From a virus: a stretch of DNA of 64,000 nt. The stretch is taken from positions 52,131 to 116,130 of IMG/VR virus record IMGVR_UViG_3300032893_000010; one strand, written 5' to 3'. The notes beneath the pieces are model-generated. The model did no database searches. It saw only the letters and a program-made list of their open reading frames with translations, and had not been told where the DNA came from. Shown here one piece after another: positions 10,226-21,987 of this stretch (position 1 is its first letter; the number at the start of each line of letters is the position of its first letter). Position numbers and translations under genes: made by a program.

Positions 10226-10392
10226 AGAGATAGACATCGTTCTACCAGATGACATTAAGCAGCAAATAAGAGAGTGGCATGATTCTGATACAGTAGTAGG
10301 ACTGTGCTGTAATGCTCACGGCGAAGGGCTTAATTGCTGTGTTGATTTCTTACTTGGTGATGCTAGCTGGAGGAAGGATTTCCTGAAGCAGG

Positions 10393-10908
10393 ATGGATAA
10401 CAAGGTAAGGTTGCTGATCTGCACTGGCTGTGGTGCCATTGAGGAAATGCCTTCATACGAAGGTCCGTGGCAGCATGACACATGGCTCAATGAGAAACTT
10501 AAGAATCATATGCTGCCATCAGGTGAGAAAACTCACGGCGATGTTCACATAGGCCATGCCGAGCAGAATAAGTGGATTAACCACAGGGAATCCATAGTTG
10601 CCCAGGCAGCTAATGAGTTCACCATGCCAGGGCAAGGAGCAGGACTTGGACAATCATTCTATGACACAAAATCAAATTTCTCAGTTGACGCACATAGATG
10701 CTGGAAAGATCACGGAAGAACATCAAACTGTGACGATTACAGATCAGATAAGAAACGACTATTACCTGACACAAGGCAGGAAAGAAGAGAACTTGGTATT
10801 GATCCGAAGCATAGGCCCAATATATTTCTATGCGACTTCTGCCCCTACAACTCAGTAGTAATGCAACGCCAGAGACGGGATAAGTTTGATTACGACTATA
10901 CTACGTGA
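10393..10908 (+). CDS. Cys/His-rich hypothetical protein
   Basis: CTGC and LCDFCP. Confidence 0.65.
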   Translation: MDNKVRLLICTGCGAIEEMPSYEGPWQHDTWLNEKLKNHMLPSGEKTHGDVHIGHAEQNKWINHRESIVAQAANEFTMPGQGAGLGQSFYDTKSNFSVDAHRCWKDHGRTSNCDDYRSDKKRLLPDTRQERRELGIDPKHRPNIFLCDFCPYNSVVMQRQRRDKFDYDYTT

Positions 10909-11060
10909 TCCGAAGCAAATAGAAAAATATTTAGAAGAATCAAGGAAAAAGCGCATTGCTAGCGGTCAGTACGAGCCAGAGCCATATTCAGATTGCAGAT
11001 TTGAATATTGCAGTTACCCGCCAGGCAAGTGTCCTCATCCAGAATAAGGAGAATTAACAG

Positions 11061-11426
11061 ATGCCAGCAGTACTTTTAGGCGAGAAAGACGTTACAGAGA
11101 ACCCTAAGCCAGGATCGGTTGAGTATGAATCGACTACGGTAGACCCTAAGTCACATACTCACAGGTCTGCTTTCATGATCTTAGTTGACAAGGATGGTAA
11201 TTACATCCTGGAGACAAATATAAACGTTCCTGTGATACCGGAGAGGAGTCCGACAGGTTCAGAGATCAAAGGTGCCTTGTCAACTATCCTCATGGATATA
11301 CAGACACAGGAAACAGCTATCTTGTCTGCTAATGCTGTAGTTGCAGGCATGGAGCAGAGAGCAAGGCAGGCGTTTGAGCAGCAGCAGAATCAGCAGATTC
11401 TACAGCAGATGAGAATGTCTAAGTAA
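11061..11426 (+). CDS. hypothetical protein
   Basis: ORF with RBS, Gln-rich end. Confidence 0.55.
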   Translation: MPAVLLGEKDVTENPKPGSVEYESTTVDPKSHTHRSAFMILVDKDGNYILETNINVPVIPERSPTGSEIKGALSTILMDIQTQETAILSANAVVAGMEQRARQAFEQQQNQQILQQMRMSK

Positions 11427-11566
11427 GTGTCGGACAAGAAAAAATCTGAAAAAACCGATAAAGATCAGGATACTGCTAAAGAAGAAAATAAGGTAGTTAC
11501 TGTTGGTCCTTACCCGCCAGAAGATTATCCTGAAAACTGGCCTTCTGAGAGAGATGGAAACTCTAA

Positions 11567-12070
11567 GTGGCGGTATCGTCGGTAGTCATTACCGTGGAAG
11601 GGGTATTGAAGAAGCATGTTGCTGACGCCCCTATCCCAGTCGGCATAGCTTTATATCACGGACTGGCTAATACTTTCAATGTGCTGCTAGCTGCTGATAT
11701 GGAAAAGAAAGAACTTGACAGATGGTGTGCTCTGGAGGGATTGAACAAGCACGCCGCAGTTGAGCATAATGAGGGAATAATAAAGAGCTTTGATCCTGAT
11801 TTCAGAAGGTTACAGCAGGTCAAGAATCTCAGGCAGCGAGGGTATAGCATAGATCTTGTTATAGAGCCGAATCCTTCTATAGTGGTTAAGCTGCTGGAGC
11901 ATGGTTTCAGTTGCATGACGTATACGCATGCAAGCTATTCCATGCCTCAGTGGCGCCCTGACTATCAGCATAAGATCAGGCCGTGGGATGACATTCTGGA
12001 CTACGAGATAAAAATGGCTGAGCTGAGGGCTATAGAAGAGATTTCCAAGGAGGACAAGGATAATCGATGA
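11567..12070 (+). CDS. HAD-like fold protein (degenerate)
   Basis: N-terminal VVITVEGVL resembles HAD motif I without the Asp. Confidence 0.45.
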   Translation: MAVSSVVITVEGVLKKHVADAPIPVGIALYHGLANTFNVLLAADMEKKELDRWCALEGLNKHAAVEHNEGIIKSFDPDFRRLQQVKNLRQRGYSIDLVIEPNPSIVVKLLEHGFSCMTYTHASYSMPQWRPDYQHKIRPWDDILDYEIKMAELRAIEEISKEDKDNR

Positions 12071-13527
12071 AGCTCTATTTCAGCGGGGCAGAGATACCAG
12101 CATGGAAGAAACTGCTGGAAAATCAGAAGATTCCGTGTGTGTCTCTGTCCTACCTTGGTCTTAGCAGGAGAACTAAGCAATCTCTCAAGGGAATGTTCTC
12201 TGCCCAGGAAGTATTCCTGGATTCTGGAGGATACAGCTATAACAAAGGAGAAGAGAAGTATGCTTTCGAGGATGCCCTTGAGTTTGCGGCACAATACATG
12301 GATTTCGTTAAAGAGAATATCGATTCCGTGTCTCTTGTATCTGAGTTTGATGCTGTTCAGCTTGGCGATGACTTTATCCAGAAGTTCAGGGAAGATTTTT
12401 ATTCTCGGCTACCACCTGAGAAGTTCATGCCAGTGTGGCATGAACGGGATGGAAGAGAAGCTCTGGAAGCGCTTTGCTCATCTTATTCCGTAGTAGGGGT
12501 AAGCCAGAATGATATTCACGGTAATCTGGATGATGTTCCTCTTCTTAATTCATTCTCAAGAAGATACGGGACAAGACTTCATGGTGTTGGTATCACATCC
12601 ATGAGGCTTATGGAGGCAGTAAAATGGGATTCGGTCTCTTCTACATCGTGGCTTACACCGTCTAAGTACGGAGATACTTTCGTATGGGATAAACGTAAGC
12701 TGCACAGATATCCTAGAGATTACAAGAATAAGAGGAAGCAGCACAGAAGCTTGTTCATGGACAACGGCTTTGACTATGAGAAGATAGAAAATGACGACTC
12801 ACAGGAATTGTTAAGGTTATCTTTGTGGTCGTGGCAGAACTACGTCAACCATATTTCAGGAGTTACTACTCAAGTGAGGAACGAACCAGCGGAGTCTGAG
12901 GAAATGCTTTCAGGTGAAGTTGATATCCAGCAAGAATCAACAGGAAAAGAAGTTCTGGTATCTAGGGCTCATCAGCCTATTCCTGTCATGTCTACTATGT
13001 GGAAAGAGGAGACGAATCTTGAAGATGACGCTGTAACTGCGATACCTCATCTCATAGTACGATCGGAATCTATGAGGGTGTGCGACAACTGTTTCATAAG
13101 AGATAAGTGTCCTGGAGCGCAGGAGAATTCAACTTGCCTTTATAACATCCCAGTAGAGGTGAAAACCAAGGATCAGCTAAGATCTTTGCATGATGCACTC
13201 ATAGAAATACAATCTCAGAGGGTTCTTTTCATGAAAATGGCTGAAGATATGAGCGGAGGGTACGCAGATCCTAACCTATCGTCAGAAATTGACAGGCTTA
13301 ACCGGATGATAAAGACTAAGATAGAGGGAGATAAGTCTACATTCGCAATGACTGTGACTGCATCGGAATCGTCATCAGGACCAGGGATATTTGATAAGAT
13401 GTTCGGCCCAGCAGCAGGGGAGAAGCTTCGTCAGCTTGATACACCTCAAGATCCTGACTGTATTATCGCTGAGGTTCTTGACGAGAAAACTGATTATTCA
13501 CCTGTCCCTCCAAGAAGAGGGGAGTAA
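12067..13527 (+). CDS. TGT/DpdA-like TIM-barrel protein with C-terminal Cys cluster
   Basis: FLDSGGYS, PVWH, RLHGVG, DSVSSTSW; CDNC..C..C. Confidence 0.5.
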   Translation: MKLYFSGAEIPAWKKLLENQKIPCVSLSYLGLSRRTKQSLKGMFSAQEVFLDSGGYSYNKGEEKYAFEDALEFAAQYMDFVKENIDSVSLVSEFDAVQLGDDFIQKFREDFYSRLPPEKFMPVWHERDGREALEALCSSYSVVGVSQNDIHGNLDDVPLLNSFSRRYGTRLHGVGITSMRLMEAVKWDSVSSTSWLTPSKYGDTFVWDKRKLHRYPRDYKNKRKQHRSLFMDNGFDYEKIENDDSQELLRLSLWSWQNYVNHISGVTTQVRNEPAESEEMLSGEVDIQQESTGKEVLVSRAHQPIPVMSTMWKEETNLEDDAVTAIPHLIVRSESMRVCDNCFIRDKCPGAQENSTCLYNIPVEVKTKDQLRSLHDALIEIQSQRVLFMKMAEDMSGGYADPNLSSEIDRLNRMIKTKIEGDKSTFAMTVTASESSSGPGIFDKMFGPAAGEKLRQLDTPQDPDCIIAEVLDEKTDYSPVPPRRGE

Positions 13528-15430
13528 GTGGGCAGAGTATGATTACAGGTGAAACTACTCTATCTAATTATTCATCTTTTTACGAAGAATGGGATGAAGA
13601 TGACGAATGGGAAGAGTGTACTTCTTGTTACGGAACTGGCATGGACAGAGATGAGATCTACGATTGTCCTGCCTGTTACGGTGAAGGGGAAGTAAGAATA
13701 TACAGCTCAAGAATAACCCCGGAAATTTCTGTCCCTCAGCCCTTGACAACCTAGGTGGCGCGTGATAATCTCCTTGCATGACACAAGGAGGACAGATGGA
13801 ACTGTCAGACATACCGCAGAAGATCATCGATGGGATTCTCGATTTTACTGATGAAAGGCCACAGTTTACCTCTGTGGCAGTAAGAACAGATGGTATCGGA
13901 GGATGGCATCTTCAGTACTGCAAATCTGTACACGGAGCAGAACAGATCACTGGCGGCCAGAATAATACTCTGGTAATCAATGTTACGGAGGAATCATGAG
14001 CGAAGAGATGTCAAACTCAAGATTCGGTCAGGTAATAGGTGGCGCAATAGCTATCATGACCACAGGTTTCCTGGGATTGCACTTCGGCCTGGGACTAGGA
14101 TATAACAACGGTAACCAGCAAGACACGCAGCCTGATGCTTATCCAGCTAACATATGCGGCAATTCAGGTCCAGGATGGATTTACTTTCCTGATGTCGATG
14201 GAAGCCTGGTTGGCGGTCACCGTGTCAGGAATGTGGAATCATGCTCGGGAGAATATTACGCTTACGTTTTCCTGACTTCCAGTACTCCTGTTGTTCTCAG
14301 CGGAGAATACATGTTCTGCAAGACAAAGAACTGCAAGGGGAATTAGATGTCATTCGTAGTGACTCAGAAAATGAAGGATGAGGCGAAGCAGGCTCTTCAT
14401 CATCGTAAGTACCCTCTTCCTACTCACGTCCTGTTCTATCAGTATGAGGGACAAGACTGGGAATACGTGTTCTGCAAGAACTATACTCAGGCACAAGATG
14501 TCAGAGACAAGTCAGATCTTAACGCTGAGAATTCATCTATCATCAGCGTGTATACGCTCTAAGGAGGGTGTATAGTGAAACATTACCTGCAATTGACGTA
14601 TGACGAGCATCGCTCATGCAAGACCATACGGCAGACTATTCAGGATGCCAGGAATGAGGCGGTAGAGTTTTTCATGCCTGACTATCCTGATAGTTCTCTT
14701 GAGCTGCAAGTCAGCGTCAGCAAGACCTGGACTATTGCTGACGGCAAAAGGATATCCAGGCAGATAGCTAATGTATCAGTTACTTACGACACAGAGAAGG
14801 ATGTTATAGGACGTGTTAAGACCGGCGGAAAGAGCATCCCAGTACCATCTTACTAGCTGCATGGTGTGCAGTAGCCCGAGGATAAAAGAGTTATCCTCGG
14901 GAAGGTTCAGGTGCAAGGATTGCGGAGCCGTATCTACAGTTTAGGGAGCGTAATGAAGAAACTAGCAGAACTTCTCTTGTCGAAGATTGACAAGAGAAAA
15001 TGGAAGAAGTTCAAGGGGATCTGATGAAACCAGATCCAGATCTCATGTAAGAAACAGGAGTTAACATGAATACCAGTCGCGGCAGATACCTGGCTGAGTT
15101 GAGGAGGTCTAACGCGGCTGGTATCCATTCATCAGTACGTTGCAGGTCGTCTATTGAGGAAAATGCTATCAAGGAGGAAATAATGTCTTATCTTGACGAG
15201 GATTACTCTAACGTCACTTTTGCTGACTTCGGCATGGGCAGAGAGCCCACCGAGGACGAACTTGACGATATCGAGGCTGAAGAGTATGAGCCTGATGACC
15301 CGACAAGTTATAATGATCCTGCTCTCATCTATGACGAAGAGGATCTTTATCCCTATGATAGTGAATACGATCGTTACTGACGTATACTTGTAATAAGCTT
15401 CCGCATCGAGGTTGCTCGGAAAGGAAGCAA

Positions 15431-16087
15431 ATGATAAAACTGAAAACGATATTCCAGAGTATGGCAATAGTAGTATGTACAGTTCTTATGTGCGTTCCTG
15501 GCCCTGCTCATGCCGCTACTTTAGCGGCATTTGATGGTCCTGGGGTGTCAGTCAATATTGAATCGGTTTATCCTGCATATGTGGTGAGGTCCGGTGATAC
15601 ATTGACTGGGATAGCACGTAAGTATGATCTTCCCTGGCAGGGAGTATGGTGCGCCAACTACAAGGTAATAGGATCTGATCCTGATATCTTGAGAATCGGT
15701 GAATTGCTGGTAATGAAATCGGCATCATGCTCAGCCTATCAGGGGTATGCGAATGCATCTAATACTATAGCAGCATCGGAATACAACACGACAGGCACAC
15801 CACAGCATATAGCGTGGGTACTTCTGGCTAGTTACGGAGGGAACAGGCCGGTACAATATGCCTGTCTTAACTATATAATCATGGCTGAGTCAAGCTGGAG
15901 AGTTGAAGCAGAAAACGCCTCTGGTGCTTACGGGATACCTCAGGCACTACCAGGGTATAAGATGGGGCCAGGGTGGGAATATTCTGCGTACGTTCAGCTT
16001 CACTGGATGGTAAAAGAGTACATACCTGCGGTTTACGGGACACCATGCCACGCATGGTCATTTCACCTAGCCCATGGGTATTACTGA
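15431..16087 (+). CDS. secreted LysM plus lytic transglycosylase
   Basis: signal peptide (AHA), YVVRSGDTLTGIA, ESSW..SGAYGIPQALPG. Confidence 0.88.
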   Translation: MIKLKTIFQSMAIVVCTVLMCVPGPAHAATLAAFDGPGVSVNIESVYPAYVVRSGDTLTGIARKYDLPWQGVWCANYKVIGSDPDILRIGELLVMKSASCSAYQGYANASNTIAASEYNTTGTPQHIAWVLLASYGGNRPVQYACLNYIIMAESSWRVEAENASGAYGIPQALPGYKMGPGWEYSAYVQLHWMVKEYIPAVYGTPCHAWSFHLAHGYY

Positions 16088-16819
16088 TCCAGTAAGCCAT
16101 TAATCCAAAGAGCAACCAAAGATGACTCACACCGCAGCATACATATTTGATGCTGGGAAGATCACCCCCCAGGATAATCCTGGGGGGTGTTTGATTTTAA
16201 GGAGAGATAATGTTAAAGAAGTTTGAGGTTGTGGTTTGCTTCGATGGCAGTACTATCGACACGCAAGATGATATGTACTTTTTTTATAAGAATGCGAAGA
16301 GGGCAGCAGACAGGATAAACGGAAGTTACAGGGATCTTCCCTATCCCGTGGCACAGATCAGGAAAAACGGACATTTCAGTCATCGCGGCGCAAAGAAGGC
16401 ATAGGCCCCATCCTGCCCCGTGACTGATCTGTTACACCTCCCCTCTTGACAGGCCCCACCGGGCACGATATCTTACCGTAGTCACGTTCGATTTAGCGGT
16501 TACATTCCCGCTTGTATCACGCTAACTTAATAATGGGAGGAAAAATGGGTATCAGAGTCAAGCCTTCATTCCATGGTTTTCCTGAGATTCCCGGAACCTA
16601 TTCCGCTGTCATCGATGACAAAGAGGATCTCACTCAGGATGAAAACGGAATCTACAGGCTTCCTTATATTTACGATCCCTCTGGTAATAGCCCTTTTACC
16701 GTAAATGTAGGGATTTTCTCTTAGTCTCATAAGCTTCAATACGGGGATGGGGTTATTTTCTGCCTCATCCCCGTATTTATTTCTCCTGACTTTTACTTGT
16801 TTCCGCAGGTCAGGGCATG

Positions 16820-16833
16820 CGAACAGGCGTTCG
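16820..16833. promoter_or_regulatory. actinobacterial-type LexA (SOS) box
   Basis: CGAAC-AGGC-GTTCG palindrome. Confidence 0.55.
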
Positions 16834-16849
16834 TGTGACGGGCGTCACA
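16834..16849. promoter_or_regulatory. CRP/GlxR-type site
   Basis: TGTGA-N6-TCACA, 11 nt upstream of TTGACA at 16861. Confidence 0.55.
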
Positions 16850-16942
16850 CTTAGGTCCGCTTGACATGGTGTGTCACGACGGGTTAACTGTGCGGGCCAG
16901 GAACATCACAACTTAATATGGCTCTCAAGGAAGGAGACAAAT

Positions 16943-17332
16943 ATGTCTTCTGTCATGGATCAGATAGGTGAACTACTAGATCAGTTCTATCTGGCCAAAA
17001 GCCGGACTAAGAACAGGTTCACTGACCGGGAGAGAAAGAACCTTCTCTCTAAACTGGAGCCCCTCATCATCGAAGCAACATCAGCAGCGGAGATGGAAGA
17101 GGAGGAACAAGAGCCACAGTGGATAGCGGTGGACAAGGCAAGAGAAATGGAGATTCAGGGAGACACGCGAGATTCTGTAGTCTCAGCATGGGCAGAGTCC
17201 CTGGAGCTAGAGAAAGACAAGATCATCTCAACTCAGGTGGGAAATGCGTACTTCTACGCATACCCATCTACGGACGAGCAAACAGATCTCTGGGTTGCTC
17301 GTATCGAGCACAGAGAAGAAATCGCAGCTTAA
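16943..17332 (+). CDS. hypothetical protein
   Basis: AAGGAG RBS before ATG 16943. Confidence 0.6.
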   Translation: MSSVMDQIGELLDQFYLAKSRTKNRFTDRERKNLLSKLEPLIIEATSAAEMEEEEQEPQWIAVDKAREMEIQGDTRDSVVSAWAESLELEKDKIISTQVGNAYFYAYPSTDEQTDLWVARIEHREEIAA

Positions 17333-17688
17333 GCAGAAGGATCGAATGATAAGGGGAGTCATCTCCCCTTATCATCCTATGTCCCAGACCCTGACATAAG
17401 GAGATAGACGGCGGTGTTCCATCCACATCACTACACTAACAACGAAAACAGATACGGAATAATAAGTAACGAGGACAAGTCTCGATGGTGTGTCTGGAGC
17501 ATCAGCAACGACAACAAAGTCCTGACCTGGAATGATCCGTTCGAGCAGGCGTTTCATCTTACCGAACAAGAGCTTAACGTGGCTCTTGTGTGGATCACAG
17601 GTCAGCTTCTCAGAAGCCTAGTGTGAGCTTATATAAGATTCCCGCCCGTTTTGTCCGTTTCCCCGCGTTTCCGCAGGTAGATCGGGGG

Positions 17689-17717
17689 TTGACAGGCGGC
17701 CGGGGATCTTATATAGT
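17689..17717 (+). promoter_or_regulatory. housekeeping-sigma promoter
   Basis: TTGACA-N17-TATAGT. Confidence 0.7.
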
Positions 17718-17922
17718 TCTTCTCGTAGGCGGCGACGTCAATAAGTCCGCAGAAAAGAACTGAAAACTAAACAAGGGAGATTAAAAATGCTCACTTTAAG
17801 TTAGTCAGAGAGTTCTTTCAAGAGCTAAACCTCTAGGGATTGACTGAAGACTAGAGTGAAAAAACTCAAAACGGGCCAGGTATCGCAATCCTGCCTGGCC
17901 CACATGAAAAAGGATACAGAAT

Positions 17923-18038
17923 AAATCCTGAGTAAGGCGAAAAGGTTCGAATCCTTCTCACGCTGATCGAGACTGGAATGAGCTAGTTAACAGCTCTATC
18001 AAAGCGTATGGTGTAACAAGGGCATATGCTCAGGATTT
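17923..18038 (+). ncRNA. circularly permuted tRNA-like RNA
   Basis: closing stem AAATCCTGAGTA/TGCTCAGGATTT, T arm AAGG-TTCGAAT-CCTT, ACGCT/AGCGT stem, then D-like TGGTGTAACAAGGGCAT. Confidence 0.55.
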
Positions 18039-18596
18039 CAAGCTTTCCCGTATCATTCATGTCAGGTAGCTTAATTCTTCAAGTACCGTGATGATCTCTA
18101 TTACCTGGAGTCTGAGGGAAAGCCGGAATGGGCTCCAGGATGGCAGATGTACCTGTCTCAGGCATTCTGCTTTGGCATCGTCATGAGGTACAAGAATGAT
18201 GATGATGATGATGATGTCCTGGAAGTAGGAAGCTATTTCATCTCATGAAAGACACTAGTACTCCAAAAAAACGTTAGCTGTATCAAGTCTTACGCAAATG
18301 GATGAGCAAAAACTGACAGGATGACTATACTGTCTCTAACCATAGCCGCTGCTCCTGATCATACGTGACAGGAATGCTGCAACGGACAGTCAGTCATCAG
18401 TTCAGTAAGCTTCATCAGCCTCTCAGGTTAAGAAAAAGACGAGATACAGGGCTAGCAGGATTTAACATCCGTGGCTAGGTCAGCTAAAAGTGGGAAAGCC
18501 GTGAAAAGGTACTAGGATAAGGACCTACGGGATGATCGGCAAGCGGGATATGGGGTGAGGCCCGCATCACTTACATTTAATTAACAGGAGGAAAAT

Positions 18597-18887
18597 ATGG
18601 CTGGTCGTAATGTCGAGAAGACTGTAACCCTCAGGTTTGTTGCACCGTTCAACTCGGGCACTCCTGATAGAATCGCTCTTAATGATGATAAGAATACTGT
18701 TCTGGCTCTGCTGTCTGCTATCGCTCTTGCTGACCTGGATCTGGTCAGCGTGGTCAGCGTGGTCAGCAGGGAGCTTACAGGAGAAGAATCCGACAAGGTA
18801 GATGCATACTGGGTTGCTGAAGTGAAAAAGGCGAAGTCCCAAAATCCGCATGATCCTTTTGAGGATATTCTCTATTCTATGCTCTGA
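18597..18887 (+). CDS. hypothetical protein
   Basis: AGGAGG RBS. Confidence 0.6.
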   Translation: MAGRNVEKTVTLRFVAPFNSGTPDRIALNDDKNTVLALLSAIALADLDLVSVVSVVSRELTGEESDKVDAYWVAEVKKAKSQNPHDPFEDILYSML

Positions 18888-20130
18888 CTTTAACAGAAGA
18901 TGAATAGTACCCTGACATTGGCCTATTGCCGGGGCATAGGCAATGTTAGAAGGCTGGGATGAGAAATGATCCGTGAGTCGTCCTTCTAGTCAGGAGAACA
19001 TCATTCATAATGAATGAAAAAGATAACTGGGATATCCAGCATGAGAGGTACAAAAGACAATCAGGTCCCTGGTATGGTTCAGTAGAACCAGCAACTATCA
19101 TGGGAATGGAACATTTCATCTCTATGATGAGACGAAAAGAAGAGCCGCTGCATCCTGAATGGGCTTTTGCCGCATGGGTTTACAGTGAGGAAATGGCATT
19201 CATCAGGAGTATTACTCAAGGAGAATAATGAATTTCCTTATCAGGCTTATTATAGGACCAGTCCTGCTAGTGGTATTTACAGCATTCGGTGTTCTTATGA
19301 CTATCTATGCTGGGCTCGGCTGGATGTTCACTGGTTCTGCCTACGTTAAAATAGTGTGGCCACGCTGGAAATAACTTGAACTACAGGTCTTGACATCATC
19401 GAGATTACCGTGATAGGGTGTTCACATGACATCGAAAATCACTCACAAGGAGTCAGATAACGTCCATCCTCCGCTAGCTGTGGAAATAATCGCAACAAGT
19501 TACGGTTCATTCACCGTGCATGAGAAGTCATGTAACATCATAGACAGAGACTGGAACATGCATGGTGTCTGCCAGTATTCTATGGCTGGTGTAAGGTCAG
19601 TCCAGGAAATAGCAGAAGAGATGATAAATCAGGGTGAGGCAAGACAAGATGCCAGTAAGCTAATCAATACTGGTCATAGTCTCCTGGGTATCACCATGAA
19701 GCGGGTTATCTGCCATACCTGCGCAAGACATCTAGAAGGAAGCGGTATAAAGTTGTCATGAGTGTTACATCATATCAGGTCTATTCTGTCGATACAGAAG
19801 AAAACATCCACGCTGAGAGATGGACGAACGACATAAATATCGCTTTCGGAGCAGCTAGGGAAATCCTGGACAAGGAAGATGTCTTCAAGGTAATCATAGA
19901 AAAGGACAAGTACTGATGAGAAGCCTGTACCACAAAGAACTAGAAGAACTAGTACGCTGGTTTCTTCATAACATATCTCAGGAAACAAGAGGGAAGCTCA
20001 TGGGTGAGCTACCAGTACATTACAAGCTTCTTTACCCTGATGTGGATACTGAAATTATCACACGCAAGGTAGAGGAAAGAATCAATCAGGTAGCGGCACA
20101 GCCAGATCCGATTCCAGTGGGCAGGTACTA

Positions 20131-20433
20131 ATGTATGATGTAAAGAATCGTGAAGTGAATTACGAAACCTACATCGTCTCTATGTTCATCAACCATACCA
20201 GTAGTAATCTGACTACGGTCAAGTTCATGGCGCGGGCGAAGTTCGGTGCTCTTAGTAATCCATGTGAGGAAGGCTTGGCGGCTTTCTGCACGTGGCTGAG
20301 GGAATTCGTGGAAGGTCATCTAGAGCCAGAATACAAGCCAGATTTCATATCCAGCCTGATCAATCACGCAATCTCTAGCGTAGACTGGTATGAGCTGGCA
20401 AAGGAACTATACGAAGGGGCTAAGGAAAAGTAA
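20131..20433 (+). CDS. hypothetical phage protein
   Basis: NYETY..VDWYELA pattern. Confidence 0.55.
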   Translation: MYDVKNREVNYETYIVSMFINHTSSNLTTVKFMARAKFGALSNPCEEGLAAFCTWLREFVEGHLEPEYKPDFISSLINHAISSVDWYELAKELYEGAKEK

Positions 20434-21145
20434 TGTCTAAGACATTCACTAATGAAGATGGCAGATGGTACGAGCAAGCGGCTAGGCATATCAGGAAGCG
20501 AGTACAATCCAAGTACTATATGGAAACCGGTATCGTAGACCTGAATGAAGGTCTGGAAGATTCTCCAGTTCAGATAACGGGAAACATTAGGATCAGGATC
20601 TTATGAAAGCGCACGTAAAACTCGTGAAAGCAGGAGATGCTTTCACTTCAGAAAGCCATGTTACAGACATCTATAACATAGAGGCTAACACCATCTACTA
20701 TCCCAAGCCAGGCTACCAAGTCTCTATGATCGAATTCAAGGAGAATTAAAATGAGTGTCTTGTGGTGGGCTCTCCCGATAGAATTCATAGTGGTAGGAAT
20801 TCTCATCTGTATTTCTTTCATGTTCTGGGGAGGCTCACGGTCTGAGGATGAAGATCCAAGATAGGTATTGACACGTCTAGTCTTGGTGTGCTACCGTGTG
20901 GGTAGTCAGGGTTCGATTCCCGCTAGGCGTACAAAGAGAGTAAAAAAGGAAGACACAGGAGAAATAAGATGTGGCTTAACGCAGAAGAAGAAGAAGAAGA
21001 AGGAATCCCTATGGTTCGCCGCACATGCAAATGCGGTAGAGCATACTGGGTTATCGAAGAAGAAGATGATGGCATGTGCAATGAGTGCTACTACGCCAAT
21101 GAGCCGTGGTACTACCTGAATCTCCTGAAAGAAGGCTAGACAATC

Positions 21146-21835
21146 ATGGCCAGAGATTACGAAAGCATCGTAAAAGGTCTATTCGCCAAGGCTAACGCTG
21201 AAGGTGTAACTCCAGACGAAAAAGAAGCCCTGGAGACTAAGGCTTTTGAGCTTATGGCAAGATACGGTGTAAGTAGGGTAACTGAGGAAGATAAGAACAA
21301 GACAGCTACTCATTTCCCTGTATCCTTCTCAGGTCAGTGGACTACCAGGCAAGTGTCTTTGTTCAATCAGATAGCAAGGCATTTCAACTGCACTGTCGTA
21401 GACGCCACTAACAGCAAGAAGCACGGTACATACTATGTCTTCGGATTCGAATCTGACATAGACAGCACTGCTTTCCTGTATTCTATCCTGGAAAATCAGA
21501 TGTTCGCTGAACTAGCCTGGGTAAGCGTTCCTGAAGGTAAGAGCACTAAATCTTACAGGAATGCATGGCTGCTGGGATATACCTCTCGTATCAAGGAAAG
21601 ACTAGATGAGACTAAGAGAACAGCAGAACAAGAATCTGCTCCTGGATATGCTCTAGCTCTCAGAGACAGGTCACTAGCAGTGAAAGATGAGATTGCCAAG
21701 ATTATAGGCAAGACTCGCGGGACTAAGAGTACCTATCGTGGTCGTGATGCATTCACATCGGGAAGAGAGGCAGGAGATAGGGCACAATTCAACCTCAGAG
21801 ATAGTGTAGGAGGAAGAAAAGAGCTAGGAAAGTAA
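21146..21835 (+). CDS. DUF2786-like protein
   Basis: LFAKA..EKEA..KAFELMARYGV, FG..DID, FTSGREAG. Confidence 0.75.
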   Translation: MARDYESIVKGLFAKANAEGVTPDEKEALETKAFELMARYGVSRVTEEDKNKTATHFPVSFSGQWTTRQVSLFNQIARHFNCTVVDATNSKKHGTYYVFGFESDIDSTAFLYSILENQMFAELAWVSVPEGKSTKSYRNAWLLGYTSRIKERLDETKRTAEQESAPGYALALRDRSLAVKDEIAKIIGKTRGTKSTYRGRDAFTSGREAGDRAQFNLRDSVGGRKELGK

Positions 21836-21987
21836 ACTGCAAGAAAACACCTTGCTACTGGGAAGCAGAACTAGCCGAGATCGTAGAAGATGAGTAAAAA
21901 TTTCTGAACGCACCTCATTGACAAGTGGCTCCCTGTCTGGTAGTGTCCTGAGTGTTAGGTCACAGACCCAAGCAGGGAGTCACCTTC

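Noticed and set aside
18196-18216. (ATG)7 and other short tandem runs (18743, 20984, 31241)
   Set aside because: In-frame or non-coding simple repeats with no evident function; could be assembly slippage
20890-20935. tRNA gene from GGGTTCGATTCCC
   Set aside because: Isolated T-loop-like hairpin with no acceptor, D or anticodon arms
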